From: Oikopleura dioica
Taxonomy: Eukaryota; Animalia; Chordata
DNA length: 64,000 nucleotides
Assembly (NCBI GenBank): GCA_907165135.1
Contig: OU015568.1
Coordinates: 3,658,001-3,722,000, forward strand
Direction: 5' to 3'
Of the stretch, positions 47,443 through 60,575 are shown in pieces (position 1 is the first letter of the stretch; each line of letters starts with the position of its first letter). The position numbers and the translations under genes are program-made. Below the pieces are notes generated by a model. It was not told the DNA's origin. It saw only the letters and a list, made by a program, of their open reading frames with translations, and made no database searches.

Positions 47443-50400
47443 ACCTATAAACCTGTAAATAAACCTACAGAAAGAGGATAAAACACAAACCATCATTTGA
47501 ATTTTCTTCGAAAGTGCCTTTTGAAAGGGCATTCGAAAGGTGAAAAACGCTGAGAAATGATAGAGCTGGCATTGTATATACAAATTTAAAGTGGTAGACC
47601 ACTAAGTGGTTGATTTTACAGCACTCAAAAACCGCCAAAACAGAAGTCGGAAGCGCTCCCTCGGAGATGTACTCATAATTTTCAAAATATTAGAAATTCC
47701 CCTGAGAAGTTTTCTTCCGTGGAACTGTGTCATGCACGTTCCACAAGTAGTAATGAAAAAAAGAAGCAAGAGGTAAAAAATCAGGTTGTTTTTAGAACCG
47801 TTTCGTTAATTTTTCAAAGCTCGATCTGGCTTTTTGTGGCTTTCGGGGGTCAAAACGTTACGCTCCTTTTTTTTGATAAAACTTGTCCGAAAAAAGAGTG
47901 GTCTTATCTCATAAGCTTCGAGTCAAGGACACAAAGGTCTGCCGGCTAGCTTTCTCGCTGATAAGATGGCTCACTGCGGGAGACCACAGTTTTTTTTCTG
48001 ATCATCAAATTTGCACTCTTTTTCTTTCTCAAGCTTCTTATCAAAAACTCCTCCCTTTTTTCGCATCGAAAGAACTTTTCATTTTTCGCTATGTTTAGAG
48101 AGCTGAGATTGCTTGATTGCCCAGAAACTCTTCAATTTTTTCGGAAATTCGGAATGAAATGCGGCTGACCGCGGTGAGGCCGCTCGGAACACGTCTCGGA
48201 GAAGTAAAAGGCGCAAAACGTGTAATTTGCGCAGAATTTCGGAAAATTTGGATTCCAGCCGCGAAATCATAACGGCCCTGAAAATGGAGGGCTTGTTACT
48301 GTCGTTGTTCAAGTTTGATTATAAAAATTGAGAGCTTGTAAAATTGATGAGCTCATTTTCGAGGCAAAATTTTCCGTGAAATTTAACAGCGCGAAAAATC
48401 TTCCTTTTCGTCCTAAAGTTCGAACATCCAGTAAGTAAAAACACGAGCGCTAATAACGAGGACAGAAATGTGCTCAGTGCAAAGAGGGTGCTCTCTGACC
48501 GGTCGTTAGATTTTGTTGGAAAGTTATGCGAGCCAAGGGCGCCTAATTAGTCGAGGCCAAATGTCATCCGGGGGAGCGGCGAAATGCTTTCTAACGAGCC
48601 ACTGCATTTGAAAGCCCGTGGAACGATCCCCCTCCTCCTCCTCCTCGAATAGATCAAAGTATCCAATTCTCAACATCAATGCATCAATCAAAAACGAGAA
48701 AAAACTTAAATTTCTTCTCAATCTTTTTGACGAAATTTGTTTCTCTAGACTTGTAAGAGTAGGTCGTTACCCCCTTATTTTTTCTGATAAAAATTCGCTT
48801 TGAGAAATTATCTACCTGTAGTTCCTCCGAAGGCTCATTTTAATATTTATCAATTTTTTTGTCGTCACTTTGCAATTTTACCACTTGAAATTTCAAAAAA
48901 AATATCTTTGAAAAAAATTTTTCGAAAAATAAGGGTTCCTTCTTGGTTATGTTTTTAAAGAAAATAAGGGTGTCAACATTATAGTTTACAATAAAAAGTC
49001 AGAAGAAACATCTTTGAAGGCGATTATTTTAAATAATAATTGATAATTAATTTATCATGAAAACTCATGTAGAAAACAAAATGAGACAACTACCTTTACA
49101 AATAACTTTGACGTCTACTGTGTAAGTCAATAAGTAATAACGCCCGAGAAAGAATTCGCGCAAAAGAATGCCCAACAAATTGCCACATCTTGTCCTCGCC
49201 ACCACAAATACACGTGGGTGACACAATCTTATCAAGTAATAATTTAACCCAGCGAGAAGAGATAGCGGCCTCTTTCCAAAAACTTGAGAGGGAAAATGGC
49301 TCCCAATTTTAGGAAGCAAATTCAATTCGCGGTTCAATTTTCTTTTTATAAGAAAAATTCAACTTTGAGTCGAAAACTTCAAAAGCCAAGATTTCTTAAA
49401 TTTATAAATTTGAATTATAATAAATAAAAATAAAATATGTATTTTAAAGTATAAAATTATATAATTTTATATTATATAAATAAAATTAAACTTTTAAATT
49501 ATTAATTCGGCATCTCTTTTTCTACGAAATTTCGTTTTCCAAAAAATTGGCGGATGAAAGAAGATTTTATTTTGAACACGTAGGATAGTAGTTTTCCCGT
49601 ATTTTTACGCGTCATCTTATTAACTTGGTCTATGCAAATCGTCGTGGCCGGATTATCAAAACAAACATACCAAGAAATAAACCACTAATTTCAGCAGCCA
49701 AGTTCAACAGGTTTTGCCGGCCATCATCAAAGATTCTTTCCTCAAAAAACAGATTTTTAAAAATTTTCGAAAATCCGAAAAGAAGGCTACGGCTGATCCG
49801 CGCTAAGAGCTTTAGTCGTGTACCGGGGATGCTGAATTGGCAAAAAGAGATTATTCTGAGTTGTAATTTTGAACAAAAGCGGCGATAAATTATGTTTTAT
49901 TGAGCTATCTCATGAAGAACAACAGAAAAACCAGAAAGAGTACGAGTCCATAGTTGGTCGAAATCGCGCTTGAACAGCCAGGAAAATGCTCACTCTAGAA
50001 TAAAACAAGGTTTTCGAAGCTTGAAGTGGGGAGAGCTTACGAATCGCCAAGCACCACAAGCAGCTGAGTTCCATTTTCTATGATAAGCGGAGCATGTTTC
50101 TTCTGACGGATTCCGGAAGTCAGGATCTTGGCGAAATTCTCGCCAAATTAGTTTGCACATTTTATGGCCTTCAACATAGGATCTTATAGGATTCTAGGAC
50201 CCAGAAGGAACTTCTTTAAAATAAGCTGAAAATCCTCAAAAAGAGTAAAGATCCATTCCTGGCCCAAGATAAGGTTGGTTCGACATTTTCTCTTTATATT
50301 CTCTCTTGACTACTGTTTTTCATATTCGTTAAATTCTGGCGCCTTTCCGGTAATAACAATGACTATTATTGAAAGCTAACAAAGCTGAAAATTATTTTTT

Positions 50401-53111
50401 TCTCCTCTCAAAATTTTTATGAGTCGGCGATGCTTGTAGTCATAACAATTCGATTATCAAAAAAAAATTATTGAAAAGTTTTGTTTTGCGTATTCATAAC
50501 GTCGTTTTCTTTCGTTATTTTTCACAAAGGATGATCTTCTTTTTACTGGGCTTATTTTTATTATTCTTTCTTATTGGGCAACCAGTTAAGAATTCCTACG
50601 GTAGGATAAAGATAGAGGAAAATCTTTACTAAACCTTTCCTAGAAATTTCGCCTTATTGTTTTTTTTACTGTAAAAATGAATAAGAAGAACATCAAGATT
50701 CATCACTGATTACTCGAGCTAAACTTTCAAGCGCCTCTTTTTTTAAAAAGCATCCAAAGCAGGCCAAAATTCGATGTTGACTCCATCAGATGATCCTATG
50801 TCGCGTGCGGTTTTCTTATCGCCGAGATTAGTCGATTTTTCGATGAACCTCCGGCTCGAGGTTGCCCTAGAATCACTCATTGCGGCCGGCTCAGTCGTGT
50901 CCCTGCCAAAATTTCCGTCTCCGAATATTGCTTGGTAAGGCAACGACTATTTAGGAAGCATGAGGGGGGATTTATTCGTGTACTTTTGGTTTTTAGGGGT
51001 TTTATGAACACGTAAGCACTTTTATGAAATTTTTTTGAAGGAAATTTTTTGACGAAAAGTTCATTTCAAATGTGAAAATTCCGCACTTCGAAATTGCTGC
51101 TTCCGAAAAATAGTGTCGGAAAACGCAATAAAATGACATTCTGTGGTGTTCGAAACAAGCCCAGTCGGTGGTGCCACTCTATAATTATCGATCAAAAAGC
51201 ATTTGCAGGCGACGGCCCAAGAATGCGCAAATTGTGTAAGGAGAAAATTCATTTTCGCGAAACGCTACGTGCAAGAAGATCGGCGAATGATTAACTTTAA
51301 TCATAGTAAAAACGTCAGAAAATGATGAATTCGAAAAAATTTTTCTCAAAAAAAATGGCTAGAAGCAGGTCATTCTAAAAGTGTAAAGAAAATATTTTGG
51401 ATTTTCGCTGAGAAAAGGGTTTCTATTTTATTCACGCAAAAAAGGATGACTTGCGCAAATTGAATAAATCAGAATCATCCCGCTTTGCCGAATTTTCTAA
51501 CGCTAAAATTCCATTTTCCCAAATTCCATCATTACGAAACTATCCCATTTTACCCGCAAAGGGCAGAAAAAAGCGCTCCTTTTTCTGGGGAGGTGTCAGG
51601 AACCGACAAAAAATTCGACAAATTTTGCGTGGAAATTATCAACCAATCAGAAGCCTGGATTTCAAATGGCAAACCAGCCAATCAGCAGCCGAGTAGTCGC
51701 CCACGCAAAATTTGTCGAATTTTTTTGTCGGTTCCAGACACAATCCCTTTTTCTAGAAAAAAAGTGATCAAAAAAGAAAACAAAAAACGTGCATTTCCAA
51801 GATGTAAGAGTTGACGCTCCAATGTTTGCATAAAAACACAGATGTTCAAAAAGCGAGGTCCCCCTAAGTAAGTTTCTAAATTTATAATAACAGTTCTTCT
51901 CTACAAAAACCTGCAAAGCATGAAATTAAAATAAAAAGCTCGAAAAAGTTTTATCGGTAAAAATTTGATTCAAAAGCTGCTCAAAAAAGGAATAATTCGA
52001 ACCGCAATTGGATTAAAATCGAATAAATCAACACAACAAGCGGTTGGGAAAAAGATCCAACTGCTCTACCGTTTTTTTAGGATAACTGTAACTGAATTCT
52101 TTTCCCTAGTTTTAAGACTATCTACCGGCTGTGGCTGCTTTTGGGACAAATTGCTATCAACAAGATAAGAAGCTCCACTTAGTAACGCTGGATTCCCTGA
52201 ATTCGACGCGGATAACTTTAACTAGGGTTCAGAAAAGGGCGATTTAAGGGAGTAGGAAGGATGTCTACTGCCGATTTTTTTTGCTTCGTGACGCATTTTT
52301 TCGTTTCTTTGCTTTTTTAAAAATTACGGTCGAGATAATCTTTCGCGACTCAGATTTCTTCGGACTTTCTCAAAGCCCGCCCGATTAACTCGTGGCTTTT
52401 CATGACTCTAGAATTCGAGACTCAGCCCGGGACTTTTGCGCCCTTTTCTTTTGAAAAATTTTCGTGCCCTGAAATTTCAGATTTTGGTGAAAAAATGACT
52501 GCTCGTGGGATCGATGAACGTTGAGTTTAACTTGTAGCTGAGGCACTTACTTAGATGTAATTTTCTTAACCCGTCGGGATCAATTAGGCATTAGGTTTTC
52601 ACGGTACTGGAAAGTACGTCGCTGCTCGGAGAAGATGAGCTGTTGACTCGGTTCTTGTTTTTTTTTGCTAATCCCCGATTTCGATAGAACAAGAAAAATT
52701 GACTAATGGCCCATTTGAAATGGGCATTTTTTTGAGGATCCAATTTTCTCGGAAATTAAATAAGGGTTCAATTATTAAAAGTAAGACTCACAGTAAGATG
52801 CCTTCGTTTTCTTAGTAAACCACATATCAAGATAAGGAAAACCTGAAACGAACAGCCAGAAAATCCTCCATCGTTATCCACTTCTTTCGCATTCCATCAA
52901 GCCAGGAAGGGCACAAACCGACTTTGAAGCTCTGGGAAAACTTGAAAATTTTTGCGGCGGTAAGGTTTTAGAGACATTCTAATTGACCAAGAATTACGTT
53001 TCAAGGCCGCGAAAAGATCTGATTCTTTTGACTTATCACATCACGCGAAATTCCCGAATTGGTCATGTACACGACCTTAAAATTCATATTTGCGTAATTT
53101 ACTTAATACAC

Positions 53112-53187
53112 TGACACCCTTATTTCTTTCTTTGTATCTTTCAGAAATCTTCAATCCTTGTTTTTGTCAAATAAAATAAGGGTGTCA
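53112..53187. repeat. 76-bp element with 14-bp perfect terminal inverted repeats
   Basis: TGACACCCTTATTT ... AAATAAGGGTGTCA. The same AAATAAGGG(TGTCA) motif recurs at ~48928, ~48962 and ~52759. Confidence 0.6.
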
Positions 53188-56100
53188 CTCTGCTGGCTCT
53201 TGAATTAACAAAGCTCGCTCCGTTAGCCTCTTGAATATTTTTCGTAACAACAAGGTTAACCAATCATTACAACCATCTGCGGCGAGAAGTCGGTTTTGCA
53301 CTTGAACCCTCCTCAACCCATCCGTTTGAGGGCACTTTGATGGTTCAAAAAGATCATCAGAAACTTTCATTTAGAACCTTTCCTTCCTTCTCATGTTCAG
53401 CATGTCTCGAAAGAGCCTTATTCGCACGATAAGCCGGCGGAAATGAGGGATGATCATTTCGCTTTCCGCAAATTACGTCCAAATGACGAGAATTTTCAGA
53501 TTGAATTTTCAGCTACTTGATTTTAGAAATGCTTTGGTCAGATTTTAACGGGATATTTACGCGATTTATGAAGGATGATATGTAAATATTTGAAGCAAAA
53601 GAAGCATAAGCTTCAAATGATCTTAAATTTTTTGATGATTTGTTTTCTAACAATCCGTAAAACGCCTCAATCAGTAAGTACCCTAAACTAACAAGAAACT
53701 ACCCTGCTGCAAGTATTAGGCAATAAGAACAAAATAACGAGCAGCTGGTCAATAAATTTGGCGCTCTAGTCTAGTCTGCACCTGTTGCACCATAATAAAA
53801 GCTTCCCAGAAACTCGTACAGTATAAAAATAATGATACTTGTAAATGAATCAATTATGAAGAGGAACGAACAATAACTAACATGGAAATGTTGTTTACTG
53901 TTCTATATTTTTCTTAGAAAAGTCAAGTAGAAGAATGAAAAATTTTTAACCAGCGATCTTTCCTTCGAGATTTTCGATTTGAGTAAAGAAAAATCTCAAC
54001 ATATAATAAACCGACCCTTCTATTTAACAAGCAGTAACACATTTATCTTCATTCAACAAGATGTGACACAAATAAAAATTTAGATAAAAAGTAAAGCTTC
54101 TATGTAAAAATCATCATAAATTTGTTTTCTTTCTTGACCTTGAGTTGATACTGTGGCATCTTCTTACGTATTGATAAGACTATCTTGGCCTGGGAAAGAA
54201 GACGAATTCAACACCTTATCTGTGAGAAAAGGGCACATACGCCGCGGTTGTTAGGTCGAGCTGGCTAGGTTTTTGCGGTGGACTACAGTAAACATACAGA
54301 GTTTGAGGAGCATTTATACTTTTAGAGAGACCGCGTTTTCCATGTCATTTTTTCTTTCGTTCAAGTCGGAACTTACATTCGTTCAAAAAATTTTATTTCT
54401 TAAGAGCTTTGTTATCCAAAAACCACCTGTCTAAGAGACACTGCCTCCATCATAATAACATAGTGCGGGAAAATTTTTATCCTTGCCCTCACCAGTGGTT
54501 ATTTTGCCTTTCAAATTACATGCAATTCAAAGCTTGTTGCTGGCGGATTTTGGCTCAAGTTTATTACGCAAGCGGTTTTTGAAGGGATTCATTTCCAGAA
54601 AGCGGAAGGAAGGACAAATTGCCAGTTGATCCAAAAAAGGAGGAGCAAGAAACTGAGCTGCATTGGATTTTTTTTTTATAAAATTTTGTATTAAATCAAT
54701 AGCGCTAAAATCCGTGTCCATCCAAAAACCAGCATCGTTTTAATTCGTCTTCGCTTCGAAACATCACGGAACTGAATTTTCACTTTGATAAATTGCTTCG
54801 TTTTTACGCTTTAGATAGAAGGTGTTAGGTCATAACGATTATCTTACCTCCTCTAGTCTTTTATTGAGACCATCAGTCAACGATAAGCGCCTGGTACTGG
54901 CGCTGGATCGCGTCACTGGGAGCAAAGAAACACGCTCGTCGGAAATACTGTGCATTCCGTACATTTGACGGTCGTTCAATTTGTAATCCAAGCCCATCTC
55001 TTACGAGCCGCACCAGCTTTTTATAATGGCTCTTTGAGTTCTCTCAGCTGATGGCATAATAATACGCTCTAGAAAAAGCGTTCGATTAATTCAACTGGTT
55101 TTCTGATACCGTTCTTTTAAACGATGCCGATTTATGATAGGGAGAGCATTCTTTCTATGATGGATTTAAATAACCCATGGTAAAAGGTGAGAAAGAAAAA
55201 CGTGAAGATTGAGGTGACATAACTGCGAATTGGCGGATATTTGCGGGCGAAAATTGGGGGCTTCTTTAGGCGTCATTCTTGTAGAACGCGTTTTCGAATA
55301 GCGCCCTAAATATGATGATTTTGGCAGCTTTAATTTTTCGCGTATTGAAACAAAGCATAAAAAACGAGTCCTTTTCAAATATAAAGCGTGACATAATTAT
55401 ACACCTCCCTTCAGACCCCCTTATCTTTCATTTTTATAAAATTTGTGGTAAAAGGGGATTTTCTGTTTTTTGCACACGTTTTCAGATGCATAATAGCTTC
55501 AAACAAAGTGTCAAAAAAGTATTTATCGGAGGAAGAATCTCCATCCTCGAGCTTTCAAAAAGTTTGCTGTTAGAAGTGTCTTTCGCTAAACATCGATTTT
55601 TATCAAGATTTCGGCTCTAATCTCGCCATTAGTTCTGCTTAAAAATGTCACGTGGAAAATGAAAAAATATGATGTGAGAATTATGACTGTATAGAATTTC
55701 ATATCCTTTAATGGAGCAGCTTCGACCTCAATTTTTATGAAAAATGAACCCCGCTGACGTGGTCGATTAGGCTGATTCTGAGCGGTTGGGCGCAATTAGG
55801 GACAATGACTCTCATACCGTTCGCTTTCGTAAACAGCAGCGGATCATTTGACCCGTTTTCTAGCGGCTTTCTTACGTGGAGCCTAATTGCAAATTACAAA
55901 AAAATGAACGCAGAAGAGGATAATAATTTTTCGTGACACCCATATTTTTAAATAAAGCAGAACCTAACATCATAACTTTTTTTCGAGATTACATCGATTT
56001 CATAAAATAAAACGCGTAATCCGGAAAGAAAAAACTGTTCCCTGGTTCCTGAAAATCCCAAAACTAGTCCGGTTTACGCCCTTAATCTCTAAAAATAGCA

Positions 56101-56791
56101 GCTTCCAAAACTCCAAAATCCTAACGGTTTGGATTTTCACATCATCTCACATCGTTCTGGTGTAAGATACTTTAATTAGATTGAACCGCACCCAATCATG
56201 TTCCGAGCAAAGATTCTAGTTGCGGAATTTAAGATTAAATGAGCGGGTGTGTTTATACTTGCTCGACCTGGTTACGTTGCTCCGGATAAACCAAAGTTCG
56301 ACGTTTCTCCGAATCGATGATTAAATTAGATCATCTCAATAAAAACCATAAAGAGATTTTTTAGCATACAGGGGCGTCACACAGCTCTTGTCAGAGTTGA
56401 TTTTCTTTTATGTAGTCTTCTCGTTTATTTATTCCTAGAAACAGAATGTGGTGAAAGTGAGGTGAAGAAAGTTTGGTAAAAATTCTTTATTGTCAACAAA
56501 AAATTGAACTCGTGGATTAAAGAATTCTCGCAGTCGGTAAGAAGAGGTCGAACTTCGAGATACCGTGGATTAAATCAAAGTTCCGGTGCTTTTCGAAAGA
56601 TTCTATCGTATCCTTTTACGTCGTGAAAAGTTTAGTATTTCGAATTCAAACTTAACGAACAGTTACTTCATTGAAAAAATGGAGATCTTTAATACCGGTT
56701 ATCATTATTCTTGTTATTGAGAAATCTCGCGCTAGACATGACATTTCAACTGGCATTTATCATATTTATTTTCATATGCAGACATTTTGAA

Positions 56792-58068
56792 TCAGACATA
56801 ACTCAACCCCTCCAAATAATCTTTACAAATAGTTTCAATCAAAAACCTCTGTTCTTTTCCAATTTGACTTTCCCATTGAGACACAATTTTTGAAGAATTT
56901 CTCGAAGTTCCATATTGATATTTTGACCCTTTTCAAAAGGTAAGAAATAAGCTTCATTTATAACGCTTAAAACCTGAACTTTTTGAAGGTGCTTCCGTGT
57001 TCTTCTTGATCCAGGTATGTAGGTTCGGAGGAAAGTCCCATTTGAGAAAATTATAGACAGTATTTGCTTGTTTTTCTGGTTCTATCGCGAAATCTTCAAA
57101 TTTGGAAGACATCAATCTCGAGTGCAAATAGAAATTTTCTTCGAAAAATTCTTGTTGCTTCAATTTTTCACTGCAATATCGATTGATATTCAAATAATAA
57201 TCCTTCAGCTCTCCAGCCTTTTTTCGGCTCAAAAACACCGGGCGGGAGTCTCTAAAAATATCGGTATTAGCAAGTTTCTAGCTCGAAATTCTTGCCTGAA
57301 GTAGAGAAGAACTCTCAAATCGACATTTCTTCGCTCTGCTTCTTTTAATAAAATTTCGATATTCGCTGGTTTGATCGTCTTGATCACCCTCTTCTTTTTC
57401 TTGCAAAGATTTTCCACATCGTGAATATTATAATGTCTGCACATTTTGCCATTGCAAATTTTTTTGCTCAGAAGGCGGATGTGTTTCTCAAACACAATTT
57501 TATTCTTCGTTTTTGGAGATTCCAACAAGTAAGGGCTCGTAACATTGCATTGGAAGAGATCGAGAATAAATGACGCCCATTCTTCTTGGATTTCTGGTCG
57601 CATCCAATTTTTTCCTCCTTTTGTTTTGAGCAAGTTGTGATCAGGTTCAAAGAGCTTTGATGAATGTTAGCTTTATTCTTTCAGGGGGTTAGAGCTTAGG
57701 TTAGGGTTAGGGCTCGGGGTAAGCGTAAGGGTAAGGCTACGGATAGAAAGGATAAGGGTAGCCCTTGCCCTAATACTTACGGCTCCCTAAATTTCGCCCC
57801 TTTCCTGGTTTGAATTAGTACTTACATAGAAAACCTTATCATTCTGGTTAAAAAGCTCTGCGAAAAAAGAAGAACCAGTTCTATATCCCGTCGCTAAAAG
57901 AACATTCTCCGCTGGGGGCAATTCTTTTATCTCTATCTCTTCTATATTATTCTTTATTCTTATGGATAAGTTTCTCTCGTGAAATCCTTTTCCCGACGTC
58001 TCCGACAAAAAGAAAACGCCAAAAATGGCAAATAAAAATAAAATAAGGCTTTTTTTCAAGTCTTCCAT
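56792..58068 (-). CDS. Golgi carbohydrate sulfotransferase (CHST/GlcNAc-6-O or Gal-6-O type)
   Basis: Type II TM and 5'-PSB motif VLLATGYRTGSSFFAELFNQN. Also RVIKTI, and C-terminal YGTSRNSS..VSQW...IETIC...LEGLSYV*. Confidence 0.88.
57683..57750 (+). repeat. Degenerate TTAGGG-like hexamer array in a sulfotransferase intron
   Basis: GGGGTTAGAGCTTAGGTTAGGGTTAGGGCTCGGGGTTAAGCGTAAGGGTAAGG. Confidence 0.7.
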
Positions 58069-58615
58069 TTTATTTTGCTCTCTGAATTCATGAGAATATT
58101 CGAATAAATGCTTCATGTATCGTTTGGGTAATCGTCTATTATTTGCGTTATCCCTGGTTAAACAAAGATAGAGAGAAGTTTTCTGCTATTCGGCGGCATA
58201 AATTCTTTAAGAACTCGTTAAATGCCATTTTATATGACATTTCGTCAAGATCATAAAAGATCATTGCCGATCGCTGATCGGGAATTATTCCTTGCGTTCG
58301 TACAATGACTCTTGTATTGATTAACTTTTGGTATTGAAAGTTAGTTCGAGCTTCCCCCGCTGCTGTCGGTGCTTGTTTCGCGTTTGGAAAGCCCTAGAAA
58401 CTGTCAAGCGATGACGTTATCGCTGAATTTTCCGAAATATTCCGAACCTTTTGTTTTCTGATCCTTGTTCGTTCTTTTTTTGATGAACTTGAGACGGTCA
58501 GTGGCCACTTTTTAGCGAGTTTTTTATTGAATTTTAGAATTTAAGACTCTTCAGAGTACAGTCAGTCAAACGAGTTCAGTTGTTTTTAGATGATAAATTC
58601 AGGAGCGACGTATTC

Positions 58616-58978
58616 TTAAAAGGGTTCTTTTGAATCTTCCCGGCTGAAAAAAGCGCTTCTCAACGAAGACTTTTCAAAACCCTGACTCAGGTTTTCTGCT
58701 TTGGAAAATCGAACCGGCCCTAGAACAAATGTAGCAATCCACAGAATCAGGAAGAAAATCACCGCCATGAAAGCAATTGATTTGAACGCGCTGGCTCGTT
58801 TTCGCCGAATTCCAGACTTGGAGATGATATACGGAATTTTGTGCAAATTGTCGTGCCCTAAATGGTGAGGTTCAGCCAAGTTCAACCCTAAGTACGAGAT
58901 AGAAAAGCCACACCCGTCGAGAGCCCTTTCTATTGCGTGAAATACACGATTCGCGGATTCTTTTGAAATTTCAAACAC
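58616..58978 (-). CDS. Possible exon with one TM segment; partly overlaps a dispersed repeat
   Basis: 120-codon ORF with IAFMAVIFFLILWIATFVL. Its 3' part shares CCTGACTCAGGTTTTCT and flanks with 63820-63910. Confidence 0.3.
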   Translation of the reverse strand: MFEISKESANRVFHAIERALDGCGFSISYLGLNLAEPHHLGHDNLHKIPYIISKSGIRRKRASAFKSIAFMAVIFFLILWIATFVLGPVRFSKAENLSQGFEKSSLRSAFFSREDSKEPF

Positions 58979-59955
58979 TTACATTTTAGCTCAACATTGC
59001 GGAATAGCTTCTTTGGATCATGGTCAAGCTCGTCCGCTGGTCGAAGGCTTGTTTCGCTTTTTACACAAGTTTGCAAATAAACAGAGAAAAGGAGGGTTGA
59101 TTTTTCTGAAACTCTTTCCTGTCAGTTTTGTGGATTGGAAGAAGAGAGCTTGAGGAGGTGCTTTGTTAGAATTTCGTTAAGCGGAATCTAACCGGTTAAT
59201 TTTAGTGGCTTAGCAGAAGAGAGTAATACCCGTTGATAACTTATTATGAAAATGCAATGAGCCCCAATAGTTGATTATTCTGGTAATTCAAGAAACTCCT
59301 TCCCTTCGTGACATAAAAAATCTAAATGAGGACGATAATTGGAGCTCGGAAAACTTGAAAAAAAAACTTCGATTTTCTTTAACTGAGGTTACTGAAGAAT
59401 TCTTTTTGTTGTTGTTTTCGCTCGTTCTAGAATTTTTTTCGTTGGGGGTTTTTGATTTCAAGTGAATTTTGAAGATGCAAAATAAACTTTGACCGTTTCG
59501 TGGATTGATCAGAAAAATGAAAAACTGATAAAACTGAAAAAGCGGATTTTCAGAATGATCCACGAAATTTTCACCAAGCAAGATCGATTCTTGGACTTCA
59601 GAAAGAAATCCTCTTGATTTTTATTTTGACATAGAGATTAAAGACATGTTTATGGAGGAAACAAATTCAAACCGCTTAAAGCGTAAATTACAAAAACGCT
59701 TTTTTCGTTACATAAAAGGAAAATCCGCCAGTATGTTGATTTCTTTGAATATTTCGATTTTTCTTTTCGAAGAATTGAGAAAAACAGTAACGTAGCTTTT
59801 TATTTCGAAGAGATCGCGTTATTCTCGTAACACCTTGATTTATTGATGTTGAGGTCTTGTTCGACAAAATGATGATACTCACAATCTGGCGGATTTGCTG
59901 GTGAGTTGGAAGAGTACAATATTTTCCTGTGGGTGAGATCGGTTGTGATTTGAAG

Positions 59956-60375
59956 CAGAGTTGTTAAAAATGTATACTTCACTCGCCCTTCAGAATGAAG
60001 TATACTTCATGGAGTATACTTCAGGGCGTTGCAGGGCGTTAAAGGGCGTGAAGTGTACTTCCGCCCTTCCCTCTACTTCAACCGCCCTTCCGCCCTTCAC
60101 TCTACTTCAACTTGGTTCTGTCGGCCATCAGAATCCATCCGCTAGAATTTTTTCAAATTTTGCGCTTATTGGCTCTCAGGCGCCATGATTTAAATCACGC
60201 TGATTGTGGCAGATGAAGTGGGAGCTAAAGTTTTCGATAAGAACCGATAGCTGAAGTATACTTCAGCGCGTGAAGTATACTTCAGAGCCATTTCGTACTT
60301 CACCGCCCTTCAAGAATGAAGGGCGCCCTGCAGATTTTTGAAGGGCGGGGGGAAGTATACTTTTTTCCAGCTCTG
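59956..60375. mobile_element. hAT-type MITE (420 bp)
   Basis: Imperfect TIRs CAGAGTTGTTAAAAATGTATACTTC / CAGAGCTGGAAAAAAAGTATACTTC. Perfect 8-bp TSD ATTTGAAG (59948-59955, 60376-60383). Internal GAAGTATACTTC and GCCCTTC repeats. Confidence 0.9.
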
Positions 60376-60575
60376 ATTTGAAGCATAATAAAAATATAAT
60401 GATCGTTCTGAGAGAAATAAGGAAAGTTCAGAAATTTGTATTTGATTTGTAAACAAGAATGTGTTTGTTTCAAACAATGGTCTGCATATGGACCAATCGT
60501 CTATCGGGCACCATTAAAATCGAAATATTACAAAAGGCTTTTTTGAAAGAGAGAATCAACTAATTTCTTGATATA

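Noticed and set aside
50743-50943. Frame open on both strands with a GTAAGG donor nearby
   Set aside because: Short, with no partner exon identified; strand is ambiguous.
59961-60188. 75-aa plus-strand ORF
   Set aside because: Lies entirely within the hAT MITE and is made of its internal repeats.
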